A stretch of 53,253 nt of DNA from Polyangiales bacterium. Its GTDB lineage: Bacteria > Myxococcota_A > Polyangia > Polyangiales > Houyiibacteriaceae. The notes beneath the pieces are model-generated. The model did no database searches. It saw only the letters and a list, made by a program, of their open reading frames with translations, and had not been told where the DNA came from. The position numbers and the translations under genes were made by a program. The stretch spans positions 1 through 53,253 of the forward strand of contig JBLHKB010000002.1 of assembly GCA_047619315.1 (NCBI GenBank), written 5' to 3'. Each line of letters starts with the position of its first letter. The stretch's first letter is position 1. Below are positions 39,584 to 49,644 of the stretch, one piece after another.

Positions 39584-40020
39584 GGCGTCTTCTTCCCGTA
39601 TTTCTCTTCCCAGCTCATGGCGATGCCAAGAGGGTCTTCGAAGGGCTCGTCGCTGAAGTCGAAGTCTTCGAGCTCATCGAGACTCGGTGGACCCATGGCG
39701 CCGCCGATGGCCTGGAGCGTGATCGCTTCGATGGTGGCGCGGTTCGCTTCCGCGAGCGTCTCTCGGTAGGCACAGGCAAGAAGCTCGTTGGCGAACTCAC
39801 CGACGAGTACATTCAGGACGTCGGCTCCGGCCTCGCCCTTCTTGGGCCGAAGGCTGACGCGAAAGCCACCCTCGCGAATTCCGATGAAGACGTAGGCGCG
39901 GTCGAGAAACGTGAAACACGCTCCGTAAACGGCGCTGAGGGGATACACCGCATCGTCGACGGCGAAGTGAACCACACCATCGGCAAAATCGTGGCTTACG
40001 CCATCGGGAGAATTGCTCAT
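39580..40020 (-). CDS. hxsD: His-Xaa-Ser system protein HxsD
   Basis: VDDAVYPLSAVYGACFTFLDRAYV...GEFANELL...RETL; acidic tail DPLGIAMSWEEKYG; TATCTT box 7 nt upstream. Confidence 0.82.
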   Translation of the reverse strand: MSNSPDGVSHDFADGVVHFAVDDAVYPLSAVYGACFTFLDRAYVFIGIREGGFRVSLRPKKGEAGADVLNVLVGEFANELLACAYRETLAEANRATIEAITLQAIGGAMGPPSLDELEDFDFSDEPFEDPLGIAMSWEEKYGKKTP

Positions 40021-40068
40021 GGGGCGCAAGATACACCCTTAGGGACCTCGCGGCATTTCCGATTTGGT

Positions 40069-41850
40069 TCAGTCACGCCGGGAAGCTTGAACGACCCACT
40101 GGTTTGAGCGGCCCGGTTCGATGGCCCATTCCAAGTCGACCACAAAGCCTGACTTCTGGATCGTCTCTCGCGCCTGCTGGCTGCTGTCGTTGCGGTAATG
40201 CTCGAGTTCCGCGCTGGAGGATTCCGCGCGTGACGTGTGGGCTTGGGTTCGCGCGAGACCGAAGGCGACGTTGTCCACGACGATAAGCCGGCCGCCTGGC
40301 TTGAGCGTTTCGAACGCGCAGGCGAGGGCTTTGGCCGGGTCACGCAGATGATTCCAGCTGCGCAGGAAGAGCACGACGTCGGCGGGCTGAGGCGCCGCGT
40401 GTGCAAGGGCTTCGGCTTCGCCGATGGCAAAGCGCGCCCACGGCCGCGTGCTGCTCAGAGAGCGAAGACGTTCGCCATCCGGGTCGACGCCTAGGTACGA
40501 AAGCGTCCCTGCTTTGGCCGCGGTGGCGAACTCATCCACGTAGGGGCTCTCCCCGCAGCCGACGTCGATCACCTGACCGCGGGCGGATCGAAGGAGCACG
40601 CGAAGGCGCTCATCGTCCTGGACAAAGACCGGCTCCATCGACGCCTCGAACATCCCCGTGCACGTGTTCTCGTGCTCGCAGCCCGCGCAGTCCTCGGCGC
40701 GCTTCAGCTGCACCAGGTCCTTGGCGAAATCGTCCGGCGCGTCCTTGCGGGAGACGTCGTAATAGATCTGACCCTCTTGGTGTTTCGTGTGTTCGATCTC
40801 GGCGTCGGAGAAGTCGCGAGACGATGCGCGAAACCACGCCAGGCGCCCTTGGTGGCGCACGAAGAGATCCCGCGCGGTGTCCCACGGCGCGATGCCGAGG
40901 GGGCCGTCTTTCAACAGGCAACCTTCGGCGTCTTCGTAGCGACGCTCGAAGACATAGTTGAACGAGTTGGAGCGCTGACCGCTCTTAACCGGCGAAATCT
41001 CTTCGGCGCCAAACTGGTCGAAGTAGCCTTTGTAGAGACCCGGGCACGCGCCGCGATGTACGCAGTCCTCGCAGGCCGGCTGAACTTTGTTGCGGTCGTC
41101 GACGGGGAATAGGTCGGGTTCACCGATCTCGCTCATCGTTCGAAAGCGATGTGTTTTGAGATCATCGAAGCGGTCTTCAAGACCTGGAACAAGACAGAAC
41201 GGGATCGCGCCGTGCTGCACGCGGCGACCAAGTTCGTCGCCATAACGAATCGCATCGGCGATATAACCGGCGACGTCTTTCACGCGCGGCATCAAGCGAG
41301 CGAAGAGTTTGTCGCCGCCGCCTTTCGGCTCGACCATCGAGAACTTGAGCTGAGCATCCGGATAAGGCGCCAGCGAATCGATGACGCCGCGCAGATGCTT
41401 CATGTTGTGCTTCGTCACTACGCAGTTGACGTGCAGGTCGACGCCACGGCCGCTCAGATTGGCCAAACACCCATACGTCTCCTCGAAGGCTTTGCTGCGC
41501 ACCATGAGGTCATGAACTTTTGCCGTACCTCCGTGGAGGGAGAGATACACATAACGCAGGCGGTGCTGAAGCAGGGTCTCGACGAGCTCTGGGTAGGCCA
41601 GCATCCGACCGTTCGTGACGAGCCCAAAATCCATGTCGAGACTCGCGCTGAGCTCTGCCCACGCGACGAGCTCGGGGCGAATGGTCGGCTCGCCGCCGCT
41701 CAGAACAATCATCGAATGACCTAGCTCTTTGGCTCGAAGGATCTTTCCTCGCACCTCATCCGCCTCGCCGTCGATGTGGCGAACATCGAGGGTATGACAG
41801 AACGCGCAGTGGTCATTGCACCCGTACCCCACCTTGATCAGCGCCTTCAC
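40069..41850 (-). CDS. HxsC-type radical SAM fused to a class I SAM-dependent methyltransferase
   Basis: CNDHCAFC, SGGEPT, VTNGR; IPFC...CEDCVHRGACPG; second CAGCEHENTCTG; VIDVGCG, LGVDP, SWNH, LKPGGRLIVVD. Confidence 0.9.
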   Translation of the reverse strand: MKALIKVGYGCNDHCAFCHTLDVRHIDGEADEVRGKILRAKELGHSMIVLSGGEPTIRPELVAWAELSASLDMDFGLVTNGRMLAYPELVETLLQHRLRYVYLSLHGGTAKVHDLMVRSKAFEETYGCLANLSGRGVDLHVNCVVTKHNMKHLRGVIDSLAPYPDAQLKFSMVEPKGGGDKLFARLMPRVKDVAGYIADAIRYGDELGRRVQHGAIPFCLVPGLEDRFDDLKTHRFRTMSEIGEPDLFPVDDRNKVQPACEDCVHRGACPGLYKGYFDQFGAEEISPVKSGQRSNSFNYVFERRYEDAEGCLLKDGPLGIAPWDTARDLFVRHQGRLAWFRASSRDFSDAEIEHTKHQEGQIYYDVSRKDAPDDFAKDLVQLKRAEDCAGCEHENTCTGMFEASMEPVFVQDDERLRVLLRSARGQVIDVGCGESPYVDEFATAAKAGTLSYLGVDPDGERLRSLSSTRPWARFAIGEAEALAHAAPQPADVVLFLRSWNHLRDPAKALACAFETLKPGGRLIVVDNVAFGLARTQAHTSRAESSSAELEHYRNDSSQQARETIQKSGFVVDLEWAIEPGRSNQWVVQASRRD

Positions 41851-42049
41851 CCGTGAAGCCTAGCATCCGCGCCGCTTCCGCTCTCGTATCTGGGTGAGTT
41901 TTGGCCGTTCAGTTCTTGATCAGCGACTTCGGGTGCAGCTCACGCCAATTGCGGAGCCGGACATCGTCGAAGCGGTGACGCCCGAACCACGGAGGCGACG
42001 GCCTCGGAGACCGTCAATGACAGTCGCCGAGGGTTTTGAAACCTGGGGA

Positions 42050-42733
42050 CTAGCCCTTGGTGAGCAGGCGGCCGAGGCTCGGCAGGAGCACGTGCTGTCG
42101 CAAGCTGCGCGCGGCGCCGGACACACCCGTCGGGAGCGCGCGGAAGGCCACCTCGAGGTGGTTGCTGTCGCTCTCCACGTTGCGAAGGGTCACGAACGAG
42201 GTGAGCACCGCGACGCCGGCACGAACGAGGGGGTTGTTGCCGATGCGGGGGTCGCGCATGAGATCGAGGGTGATGCGGTTCTCTTTCGCATCGGCGATGA
42301 CCGGCGAACGAGATGGCATGTAGCCGATCAGGGTGCCGGGGTTGCTCAGGTCGAGGGCGCCACTCTTGATGAGTGCAGCGACGGGTGTCTCGGCGGCTCC
42401 GTTGAGCTTGAGGGAGATCTCTTCCAAGCGAAGAGCGACCGTGAGTTCCTCTTCGTTGAAGACGATTCGGTCCACGAACACGATGGCTCCGGCGCGGATC
42501 GGGGTGCTCATCAGATCGATGCTGGCGCTCACTCGGATGCCCGGTGGGTTTGCGTCGATCTTCAGGTCTTCGACTTTGCCGCTTTTCTCCGCTTGCTCAC
42601 CGAGCCAGCGAAGGGCAGCGAGTGGAACACCCACGCGAAGACCGAAAGCGTTGCGGACTGCTCGTCCGATTTCCGAAGGGTTGGAGCGGAGGTATCCGCT
42701 GGCTGCACCCAGAGCACGTTGCGCCAATGACAT
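42050..42733 (-). CDS. Hypothetical protein
   Basis: 227-aa globular ORF; TATGCT box 7 nt before ATG 42733. Confidence 0.75.
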   Translation of the reverse strand: MSLAQRALGAASGYLRSNPSEIGRAVRNAFGLRVGVPLAALRWLGEQAEKSGKVEDLKIDANPPGIRVSASIDLMSTPIRAGAIVFVDRIVFNEEELTVALRLEEISLKLNGAAETPVAALIKSGALDLSNPGTLIGYMPSRSPVIADAKENRITLDLMRDPRIGNNPLVRAGVAVLTSFVTLRNVESDSNHLEVAFRALPTGVSGAARSLRQHVLLPSLGRLLTKG

Positions 42734-42826
42734 GGGGGGCAGCATACCCAAGGCAACGCCGAAAGGACCAGGACAAAACGTTTTGGCGGGGTGAACCTCT
42801 ACGCCGGCCCTGTAGGGCGGATTCGG

Positions 42827-43246
42827 CTAGTCCGCCGGTGCGTCCTGAAACTGCGAAAAGAGGGCACGGTACTTTTCAGGGATCGGCTGCCCGCGAAATG
42901 CGTCCATGGAGACGCAAGCGACGGTGATCTGCGCTTTGGCGACATCGCGACCGTCCACGCGTCCACGATAGGCAAACGTCGCCGACTTCGTGCCGAGCTT
43001 CGTCACCCACACGTCGATGTCGAAGACGTCACCGAAACGAAGCGGTGACTGAAAATTGACGTCGACGTGAACCGCGGGCCAGCCGCAGCGATCGGTCTCG
43101 AGGCTCTCGCGGTATGGGATCCCGTTTTCGCCGAAGAGGTCTTCGAAGGCGCAGTGGAAAAAGTGCAGAAAGCGCGGAAAGTAGACGAGCTGCGCGTGGT
43201 CCTCATCGCCGAAGCGAATCTTGCGCTGCGTGCGAAAAGTGCCCAC
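42827..43246 (-). CDS. Acyl-CoA thioesterase (4HBT/YbgC hot-dog family)
   Basis: IRFGDEDHAQLVYFPRFLHFF, VNFQSPLRFGD, LGTKS. Confidence 0.88.
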   Translation of the reverse strand: MGTFRTQRKIRFGDEDHAQLVYFPRFLHFFHCAFEDLFGENGIPYRESLETDRCGWPAVHVDVNFQSPLRFGDVFDIDVWVTKLGTKSATFAYRGRVDGRDVAKAQITVACVSMDAFRGQPIPEKYRALFSQFQDAPAD

Positions 43247-43248
43247 GG

Positions 43249-43695
43249 CTACATCTCCATCGGGAGGGGCATCGGGGCGCAGTAGCCGGCGGGGAAGGTC
43301 AGCTCTGCGCACGTGTCGCCGGGCGTTGGGCAGGTGGGGTTTCGTGTGTCGCAGGCGAAGCGGCAGACCGCGACGTCGCCTTCTTGGATACAGACGCCTC
43401 CAACTTCACACTCGTTGCTGTCCACGCAGCCGTTGCCAGCGGCGACGTCTCCGCCGAGGTAGCAAACGTTGAGCGGGTCAGACGCGACGGGGGTGCAGAC
43501 CTCGCCGCCTTCGCACAGGCGTGCGTCCACTTCGCAGGTCTCCATGCAGAGGGCGACGCCGACGGGGACGTCGAAGCAAAGCGAGCCTTCGACGCATTCT
43601 TCGCTCGTCAGGCAAGGCTCGGCGACGCCGGTCTCAATCCCCTCGCAAGCGAGGACACTTAGCAACGTAAGGAGGAGGAGGTAACGCACGCCCAT
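43249..43695 (-). CDS. Cys-rich lipoprotein
   Basis: Lipobox SVLAC; two repeated Cys modules. Confidence 0.8.
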   Translation of the reverse strand: MGVRYLLLLTLLSVLACEGIETGVAEPCLTSEECVEGSLCFDVPVGVALCMETCEVDARLCEGGEVCTPVASDPLNVCYLGGDVAAGNGCVDSNECEVGGVCIQEGDVAVCRFACDTRNPTCPTPGDTCAELTFPAGYCAPMPLPMEM

Positions 43696-43775
43696 TACCT
43701 AGCAGAAGCGCCGGGAAGTAGCACTTGCTGTTCAAAGGGTGCGCTGGAGTTGCATGAACGGCGACAGCCAGCTCC

Positions 43776-45776
43776 TCACTCGGGTTGGCTCGGCACGATC
43801 TGCGCGAGCTGCCACGCTTGCATGCGCAATTGCCGCTCGAGGTCCGAGTGGGTCTCTTTGACTTTGGCGACGAACCAGCTGCAGGCGAGAATAAAGGGTA
43901 CGTGGATGACCAAGAGAAAGGCCAAGGTGCTCTTGAAGCTGAGGTCGAACATCATGGACTGCACGACGATCTGACCATCGATGACATTGAATGTAGGCGG
44001 TAAGAGGCCGCTGAACTCGATCAACACGGGCACGATGACGGCGCTGACTCCCAACGTCACGATCCAGAACCGCTCTCGGCGCTCATGAGCCGCGACGGCG
44101 TACGCAGCCGTGTTGGCGAGCGCCAACGTCGGGACGACCATAAAGGGACCGAGGACGACGATGGAGACGATGACCGCGATGGTCGCCGCGACAACATGGT
44201 CGAGGGCGATGGCCGGCGTCTGGTCCCGTCGGTAGTGGTAAACCGAGAGCAAGAAGCACGTGCCGATGGCGACGCCTTCCACGGTGAAGGCCACCCAGTT
44301 CTTCACGCCCATCACAAGGACCAGCGGCACGATGGCGATGAAGCTCGCGTAGACCACCATCGCCACCTTGAGTCCAACGCGTTTGGCTTGAAGGCGCGCC
44401 TTCCGCAGCTCTTCCGCGGCTTCCGCCGGCATCTCCTTGGGGGGCTCCGTCAAGAGACGGTAGAACACGTGGAGCGCTGACTTGTTGGCGGGGTCGAGGC
44501 CGAGCGCAGCGCCCACCTCCCGCATCGCGCGGCGCCGAGCGACTTCCTCGCCGGCGCCCGCCAACGAGACGCCGAGCGTGTCGTCCGCGTTCTGTTTCTC
44601 CTTCACGCCCAGCCCTTCGCTTCCTTCAAGGACGCGCTCAGCGTTCGCCGCATGCACTTGAGCGGCCTCACGCCGCAGTGTCAGGTCGCGGTCCCCGTCC
44701 AAGTAAGCCTCAAGCGCTTCAGACAAGAGCGACGCAGAGGCGGTGCGCTCGTCCCGAGACACTTTAAGTGCTTCGCGACATGCTCGGTCTAGCTCCGGCG
44801 GCACGCCGCCGTCCAGCTCCACCTCGCTCGCCAGCGGCGCCACCGTGAGCGTCGAGATCACGTAGTCGTTGATCGTGTCACCCTGGTGCAGAGCGCGCTG
44901 GGTGAGTATCTGAAAGAGAATCGCGCCCAGCGCATAGACATCGGCGCGCTCGTCGATCTCCCCCGCCACACCGGAGAGGTGCTCCGGCGCCATGAACCCC
45001 GGCGTGCCGATGATGGCGCCATCCACGGTGTGTTTTTCGTTCGCCACCTGGGCCAAGTTCTCGTCTGGCTCGATCTCGTCGACGCCGTCGATCTTGGCGA
45101 GGCCCCAATCCAGTACGTACACCTCGCCGAAGTCCCCCAGCATGATGTTGGCTGGCTTCAAGTCGCGATGCAGAACGCCGCGCGTGTGAGCGAAGGCCAT
45201 CGTCATGCATGTTTGCTGCAGAGCCTTGAGCAAGCGGCGCCGAGGATAGAGCTCCTTGAGCTCTTCGTCACCGCTCTGCAGACCGAGAAAGATCTCCTCC
45301 AGGCTTCGGCCACGCACACGCTTCATCGTGAAGTAGAGGTTTCCGTCGGGGTTCGATCCGAAGTCGTACACCGGAACGATCGACGGATGTTCGAGCTGAC
45401 CTTGGACTCGAGCCTCTCGGACAAAGCGCGCTTGAGCTCTCCCTCGGCTTGCCGGATCGTCGCCACGGATCACCTTCAGCGCCACGTCACGGCCCACGGT
45501 GCGATCGCGCACCAGATGTACCTCGCCCATGCCGCCCTCGCCGAGCAGCTGCCGAAAGCGATAGCGCGAGCGAAAGTCGACGGCGGCCCTTCCAATGTCG
45601 TCGACGTCGAGCGTCTGACTCGGCGTCGCCGCGGCCTCCCCCGGCAACACGAGGGACGAGTCTACGACGTCGACGGGCTTCGGGCGGCTGCGAGCTGACA
45701 ATGACGCCACTTTGTCAGGCGTAAGCTCACGGGTTGGCAGTTCGGTCGGCGGAACCGAATCGGGCGCGTCGGACAT
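43776..45776 (-). CDS. Ser/Thr protein kinase with multi-pass C-terminal membrane domain
   Basis: LGEGGMGEV, VALK, HRDLKPAN, DWG, GTPGFMAPE; about six TM helices. Confidence 0.95.
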   Translation of the reverse strand: MSDAPDSVPPTELPTRELTPDKVASLSARSRPKPVDVVDSSLVLPGEAAATPSQTLDVDDIGRAAVDFRSRYRFRQLLGEGGMGEVHLVRDRTVGRDVALKVIRGDDPASRGRAQARFVREARVQGQLEHPSIVPVYDFGSNPDGNLYFTMKRVRGRSLEEIFLGLQSGDEELKELYPRRRLLKALQQTCMTMAFAHTRGVLHRDLKPANIMLGDFGEVYVLDWGLAKIDGVDEIEPDENLAQVANEKHTVDGAIIGTPGFMAPEHLSGVAGEIDERADVYALGAILFQILTQRALHQGDTINDYVISTLTVAPLASEVELDGGVPPELDRACREALKVSRDERTASASLLSEALEAYLDGDRDLTLRREAAQVHAANAERVLEGSEGLGVKEKQNADDTLGVSLAGAGEEVARRRAMREVGAALGLDPANKSALHVFYRLLTEPPKEMPAEAAEELRKARLQAKRVGLKVAMVVYASFIAIVPLVLVMGVKNWVAFTVEGVAIGTCFLLSVYHYRRDQTPAIALDHVVAATIAVIVSIVVLGPFMVVPTLALANTAAYAVAAHERRERFWIVTLGVSAVIVPVLIEFSGLLPPTFNVIDGQIVVQSMMFDLSFKSTLAFLLVIHVPFILACSWFVAKVKETHSDLERQLRMQAWQLAQIVPSQPE

Positions 45777-45861
45777 GCCCGATCATACCCCATTGGCGCT
45801 TCGCCGCCCGAACACTGGAAGATGGCCCCTCCAGGCGAAAGTTCCTGCGCCGGCGGAGACG

Positions 45862-46257
45862 CTACTGCCACACGAATCGGTCGCCAACCTCCACCCGCGA
45901 GGCGACGCCGACGGCTACCTCGAGGACCTCGTCGGCACGCTGGCATCGCGGCGTCGCCTCGCCCGCTGCGAAGCTCTCCACAGCCGTCACATCTCCCGCA
46001 TCGACGAAGACCGCGTCGATGCCGAAGGCGACGCCCGCGTTGGTGATGCACACCTCGCTGGGCCCTGGGAACACAAGGAGCAGCCCTTGCTCCGGCGAGA
46101 GAGAGGCATAAGCGCGGAGACCGGTGCGCCGTTCTTCTTCAGTCTCGGCGAGGTCGAGTTCCACGCTTAGCTTTGTCTCGCCGCCGCCGCGGACCTCCCC
46201 GCGAAGTGAGGTCGAGCACGCCAGCAGGAGGAGCGCGAGGAGTGAGAACCTGCGCAC
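45862..46257 (-). CDS. DUF192 family lipoprotein
   Basis: Lipobox LLLAC; VELDLAETEEERRTGL...GLLLVF...IDAVFVD...VLEV. Confidence 0.8.
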   Translation of the reverse strand: MRRFSLLALLLLACSTSLRGEVRGGGETKLSVELDLAETEEERRTGLRAYASLSPEQGLLLVFPGPSEVCITNAGVAFGIDAVFVDAGDVTAVESFAAGEATPRCQRADEVLEVAVGVASRVEVGDRFVWQ

Positions 46258-48572
46258 TAGATCGAACGCAAGAACGTGAGCAGAGCTTCGCGATCTTCGG
46301 CGCTTAGTTCCCCATACGCCTGCGTTGATGCGCTCGCTTCTCCCGCATGGGCAGCGATGGCCTGCTCAAGGGTGCTTGCGGCGGCGTTGTGCATGAAGGG
46401 CGCGGTGTTGACGATGCCCCAAAGCGGCGGCGTTCGGAACATGCGCTCGCCCGCATTCGCCGCAGGAAAGCCTCGGTAATCGTCGGCCTGTACGTCGTGG
46501 AGCAGCAAGTCTGTGTAGGCGGCAACTTCCTCCGTGTAGTTGAGGTGACAGCCGCTGCAGGCGAGGGCTTCGAACACCACGGCGCCCATCGCTTCCAGGG
46601 GCGCGTCGCTGCTCTCGCCGTGATCCGGCGCGAGGTTCGTGATGAAGAAGGCCAGCGAGTCGATGGAGATAACGTCAATCTCCGGGTCCGCGATGGAGTC
46701 GCCGTCTTCGCTCGCCCCAAAGGTCGCGCCATCTTGCTCGGGCAAGGTGAGGCCAAGCTCTACGCTGAGAGCGTCGCGAACGAACTCAAGAATATTTGGG
46801 ACATCCGCTTTCCAGCCAAAGCGACCCAGCCGACCGTCCGGCAGGACGTGGGCCACGCCGCGGATACCGTCGCCGTTGGTGTCGTCGGGGTCCGCTTGGG
46901 CAAGGATCATGGACTCTGGGATGTCGGCGAGATCCCCGAGACCCATCACCGTTGGCGTTTGACGCCGCTCTACGATGTTGGTGTCGTCGGCGAAGGCCGG
47001 CCGGCCGATGGCGACGGCGTGGCGGTGCGAGACGGTGCCGCCTGCGGGCGCGACGAAGGTGTCTCCGTCGTACCGACCATGGCGAATCACATCGACGCCG
47101 CTGGGGCCTGAGCCGCCGACAACTGGGTCGAAGTGACAAGCGCGGCAGGAGTCGCCGTTGAACACGGGGCCGAGACCCTCGGAGATGAACATATCGCGAT
47201 CGAAGATCGCGCGACCTTCGAGGAAGCGCTCACTGTCTTCGTCCGAGAGTGGTGCACGAGCGGCGCCTGGTCCCTCGCTTGGGATGGGCGTGTTCGGTGG
47301 GATCAACCCTTCGGTGCGCTGGTCGCGTCCGCCGAGACTCATCAAGAATTCATGAAGCACGGAGCGTTCCGCGTCGCTGAGCGCGACATATGCGTCGCGT
47401 GAGCGCGCCGCCTCGCCGCCGTGGGCGCGGATGGCTTCTTCGATGGTGTCAGCACGGCCATCATGAAGATAAGGTCCCGTCGCGCTCAGGCCCCAGAGCG
47501 GCTGCGTGCGAAACTCGCTGCCCGTGGCTTCTCCAAAGGCGAAGTCGTCAGCGAGGCCTTCGCCCATATCGTGAAGGAGAAGGTCGGAGTACGCGGGGAT
47601 GGTGCCGCGCGGCCCGGGGAGCCCTTCAACGTGGCATCCAGTGCAGTTCGCGGCACGAAACAGAGCGTCGCCCTCTTCGATCGCAGGTGTGGACGCGTCC
47701 GGCGTCGGCGGCGCCAGGAGCATGACCCAGCTCACCAAGTCGAATAGATCTTGGTCCAGGAGCTCGGGGTCCGGGACGCCGTCGGAGTCTGAGATGGGTT
47801 CATCCGGCGCCGAAGCCTGGGCGTCGTGGCGAGATCCAATGGTGTCCGTGAAGCGGCGCACGTCCACCTCGAACCGCGGCGAAGGCACCGGCAAGCGCTC
47901 GCGAAGCTCGTCGCTCAAGGGGTTCGAAGTCAGCCCGAGATGATTTCCGAGGGGCCCACGAATGAACCCTTCGATGGTCACGGTTTGCGCCTTGCGCCCA
48001 AAGCGGCCGATGAAACCGCGGTCGATGTTGGGACGCCCGCTGATTCCATCGCCGTCCGCGTCGTCGGGATCGGCGTTCGCGAGGATGGCCTCTTCAGGGA
48101 TCTCCGCGAGGAGCCCGATGCCAAAGAATGGGATCGGGTTGCGGAGGCCGAAGTGGTTTGCGCCTTCATCCGTTGGGCGACGACCGGTCTCCAGATTAAA
48201 CTGGGGCAACACGCCATTGACCCCAAGGGCGACTCGGCTGCCGTCGGACACGATCTGCTCGACCAAGAGGAAGTCGCGGTAGCGTCCTGCGGAGCCGCCG
48301 AAGACTGGCTTCTCGTGACAAGCGCCGCAGAAGGTGACGTTGAAGCTCGGGCCAAGGCCCATCTCGGGCGTGAAGCGTCGCTGCGCGACCTCTTCGCCCC
48401 GGACAAACGTAGCGCGCTGCTCTTCGGTGGCCGAGGGCAGAATCTCGCCCATCGCCGCGAAGATATCGTCGGCCACAGGCGGGAGCGGTGGATCGACGGG
48501 CTCAGGGCAGCCGGTGAGGACTAGGCAGCCGAGAACAAGAGAGACGAAGGTATGGGAAGAAGGGTAGGTCAT
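46257..48572 (-). CDS. Di-heme oxidoreductase (DHOR) family lipoprotein, internally duplicated (4 CxxCH)
   Basis: GLGPxFN..C..CH, GRFGxKA, Y(S/T)DLLLHD and FRTxPLWG each occur twice; CGACH, CTGCH, CRACH, CSGCH. Confidence 0.9.
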   Translation of the reverse strand: MTYPSSHTFVSLVLGCLVLTGCPEPVDPPLPPVADDIFAAMGEILPSATEEQRATFVRGEEVAQRRFTPEMGLGPSFNVTFCGACHEKPVFGGSAGRYRDFLLVEQIVSDGSRVALGVNGVLPQFNLETGRRPTDEGANHFGLRNPIPFFGIGLLAEIPEEAILANADPDDADGDGISGRPNIDRGFIGRFGRKAQTVTIEGFIRGPLGNHLGLTSNPLSDELRERLPVPSPRFEVDVRRFTDTIGSRHDAQASAPDEPISDSDGVPDPELLDQDLFDLVSWVMLLAPPTPDASTPAIEEGDALFRAANCTGCHVEGLPGPRGTIPAYSDLLLHDMGEGLADDFAFGEATGSEFRTQPLWGLSATGPYLHDGRADTIEEAIRAHGGEAARSRDAYVALSDAERSVLHEFLMSLGGRDQRTEGLIPPNTPIPSEGPGAARAPLSDEDSERFLEGRAIFDRDMFISEGLGPVFNGDSCRACHFDPVVGGSGPSGVDVIRHGRYDGDTFVAPAGGTVSHRHAVAIGRPAFADDTNIVERRQTPTVMGLGDLADIPESMILAQADPDDTNGDGIRGVAHVLPDGRLGRFGWKADVPNILEFVRDALSVELGLTLPEQDGATFGASEDGDSIADPEIDVISIDSLAFFITNLAPDHGESSDAPLEAMGAVVFEALACSGCHLNYTEEVAAYTDLLLHDVQADDYRGFPAANAGERMFRTPPLWGIVNTAPFMHNAAASTLEQAIAAHAGEASASTQAYGELSAEDREALLTFLRSI

Positions 48573-49582
48573 CGCGAATCCGAAGAGATCATGGGACGTT
48601 CAAACACCGTGCCGTTGTAGGCAGGCGCGTTGATACCTGCAGCAAGATTCCCGCCAACTGTCGTGAGCGATTCACCGTCTCCAAAGATCGCGTGAAGATC
48701 GTGCCCAACGGGGACGACATCTTCTTCGACGGCGAAGGTGTCGAAGTCAATTCGTGCCACGGTTCCAAGTAGCCCGACGACGTGCACGGTGTTGCCGTCT
48801 CCGGTCCAGACGCCATTGAGACCCGGCATCGGCGAGAGACTCTCACTGCGCCATTCAGTGCCATCCCAGGTGGCCATGACACCATTTGTCCGGGAGCCCA
48901 CGGCGACGATTCGGTCAGGTCCTGTGCCCCAGAGGCTGATGAGGTCTTCGCCGGTTCCTGCGCCGAACTCCTGCCAAGCGCTCCCGTCGTAGCGCAAGAT
49001 GATGCCGCGCTGGCCCACGACGATGACGTCATTGGCGCTCGTGCCCCACACCTTGAAGAAGGCGCGGACGTTGGCGCGCTCCAGGTCTGGGTAGGCGATG
49101 TCAGTCCACGCGCTACCGTCGTAGTGAATCAGGACGGGCAAGTCCTCGGGGCCACCGTTGCCGCCGACGGCGTAGAGATCGTCTCGCGTGGCTCCCCAAA
49201 TTCCCCAGAGCCGCGATTCCGTAGGCGTCTCGATCTCACTCAGATCTGTTCCGTCGTAGTGGAAGCTGCGCCCGTCATTACCCACCATGAAGACATCGTC
49301 GGCGGCGAAGCCGTAGACCCAGTTGAGCAGGGGAAAGTCGACGGGGCTTGTGATCTCGTTCCAGGCGCTTCCGTCGAAATGCATGATCACGCCTTCGTCT
49401 TGGCGCCGGCCGCCGACGGCGTAGCGTTCACCTTCTGCACCCCAGACGCTGAGGATCCAGCCGCTGCTCTCGGCGTCGAAGGCCGGCTGCCAGTCGATGC
49501 TCTCAGTCTCAGTTGGGCACCCGAGGAAGAGCACCCCGACCAGTAAAAATGAGAGGCGCTCGGCGAATCGGATACGGACCAC
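48569..49582 (-). CDS. Beta-propeller lipoprotein (WG..dd..aVG repeats)
   Basis: Lipobox LFLGC; repeated WG/VG/HYDG.W blades; TACACT 6 nt before GTG 49582. Confidence 0.8.
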   Translation of the reverse strand: MVRIRFAERLSFLLVGVLFLGCPTETESIDWQPAFDAESSGWILSVWGAEGERYAVGGRRQDEGVIMHFDGSAWNEITSPVDFPLLNWVYGFAADDVFMVGNDGRSFHYDGTDLSEIETPTESRLWGIWGATRDDLYAVGGNGGPEDLPVLIHYDGSAWTDIAYPDLERANVRAFFKVWGTSANDVIVVGQRGIILRYDGSAWQEFGAGTGEDLISLWGTGPDRIVAVGSRTNGVMATWDGTEWRSESLSPMPGLNGVWTGDGNTVHVVGLLGTVARIDFDTFAVEEDVVPVGHDLHAIFGDGESLTTVGGNLAAGINAPAYNGTVFERPMISSDSR

Positions 49583-49644
49583 GTTCGTAGTGTAGGCCCA
49601 TAGGCGTTTTGGTCCACACATCGAGACGGCGGCGAGGCGAGATC

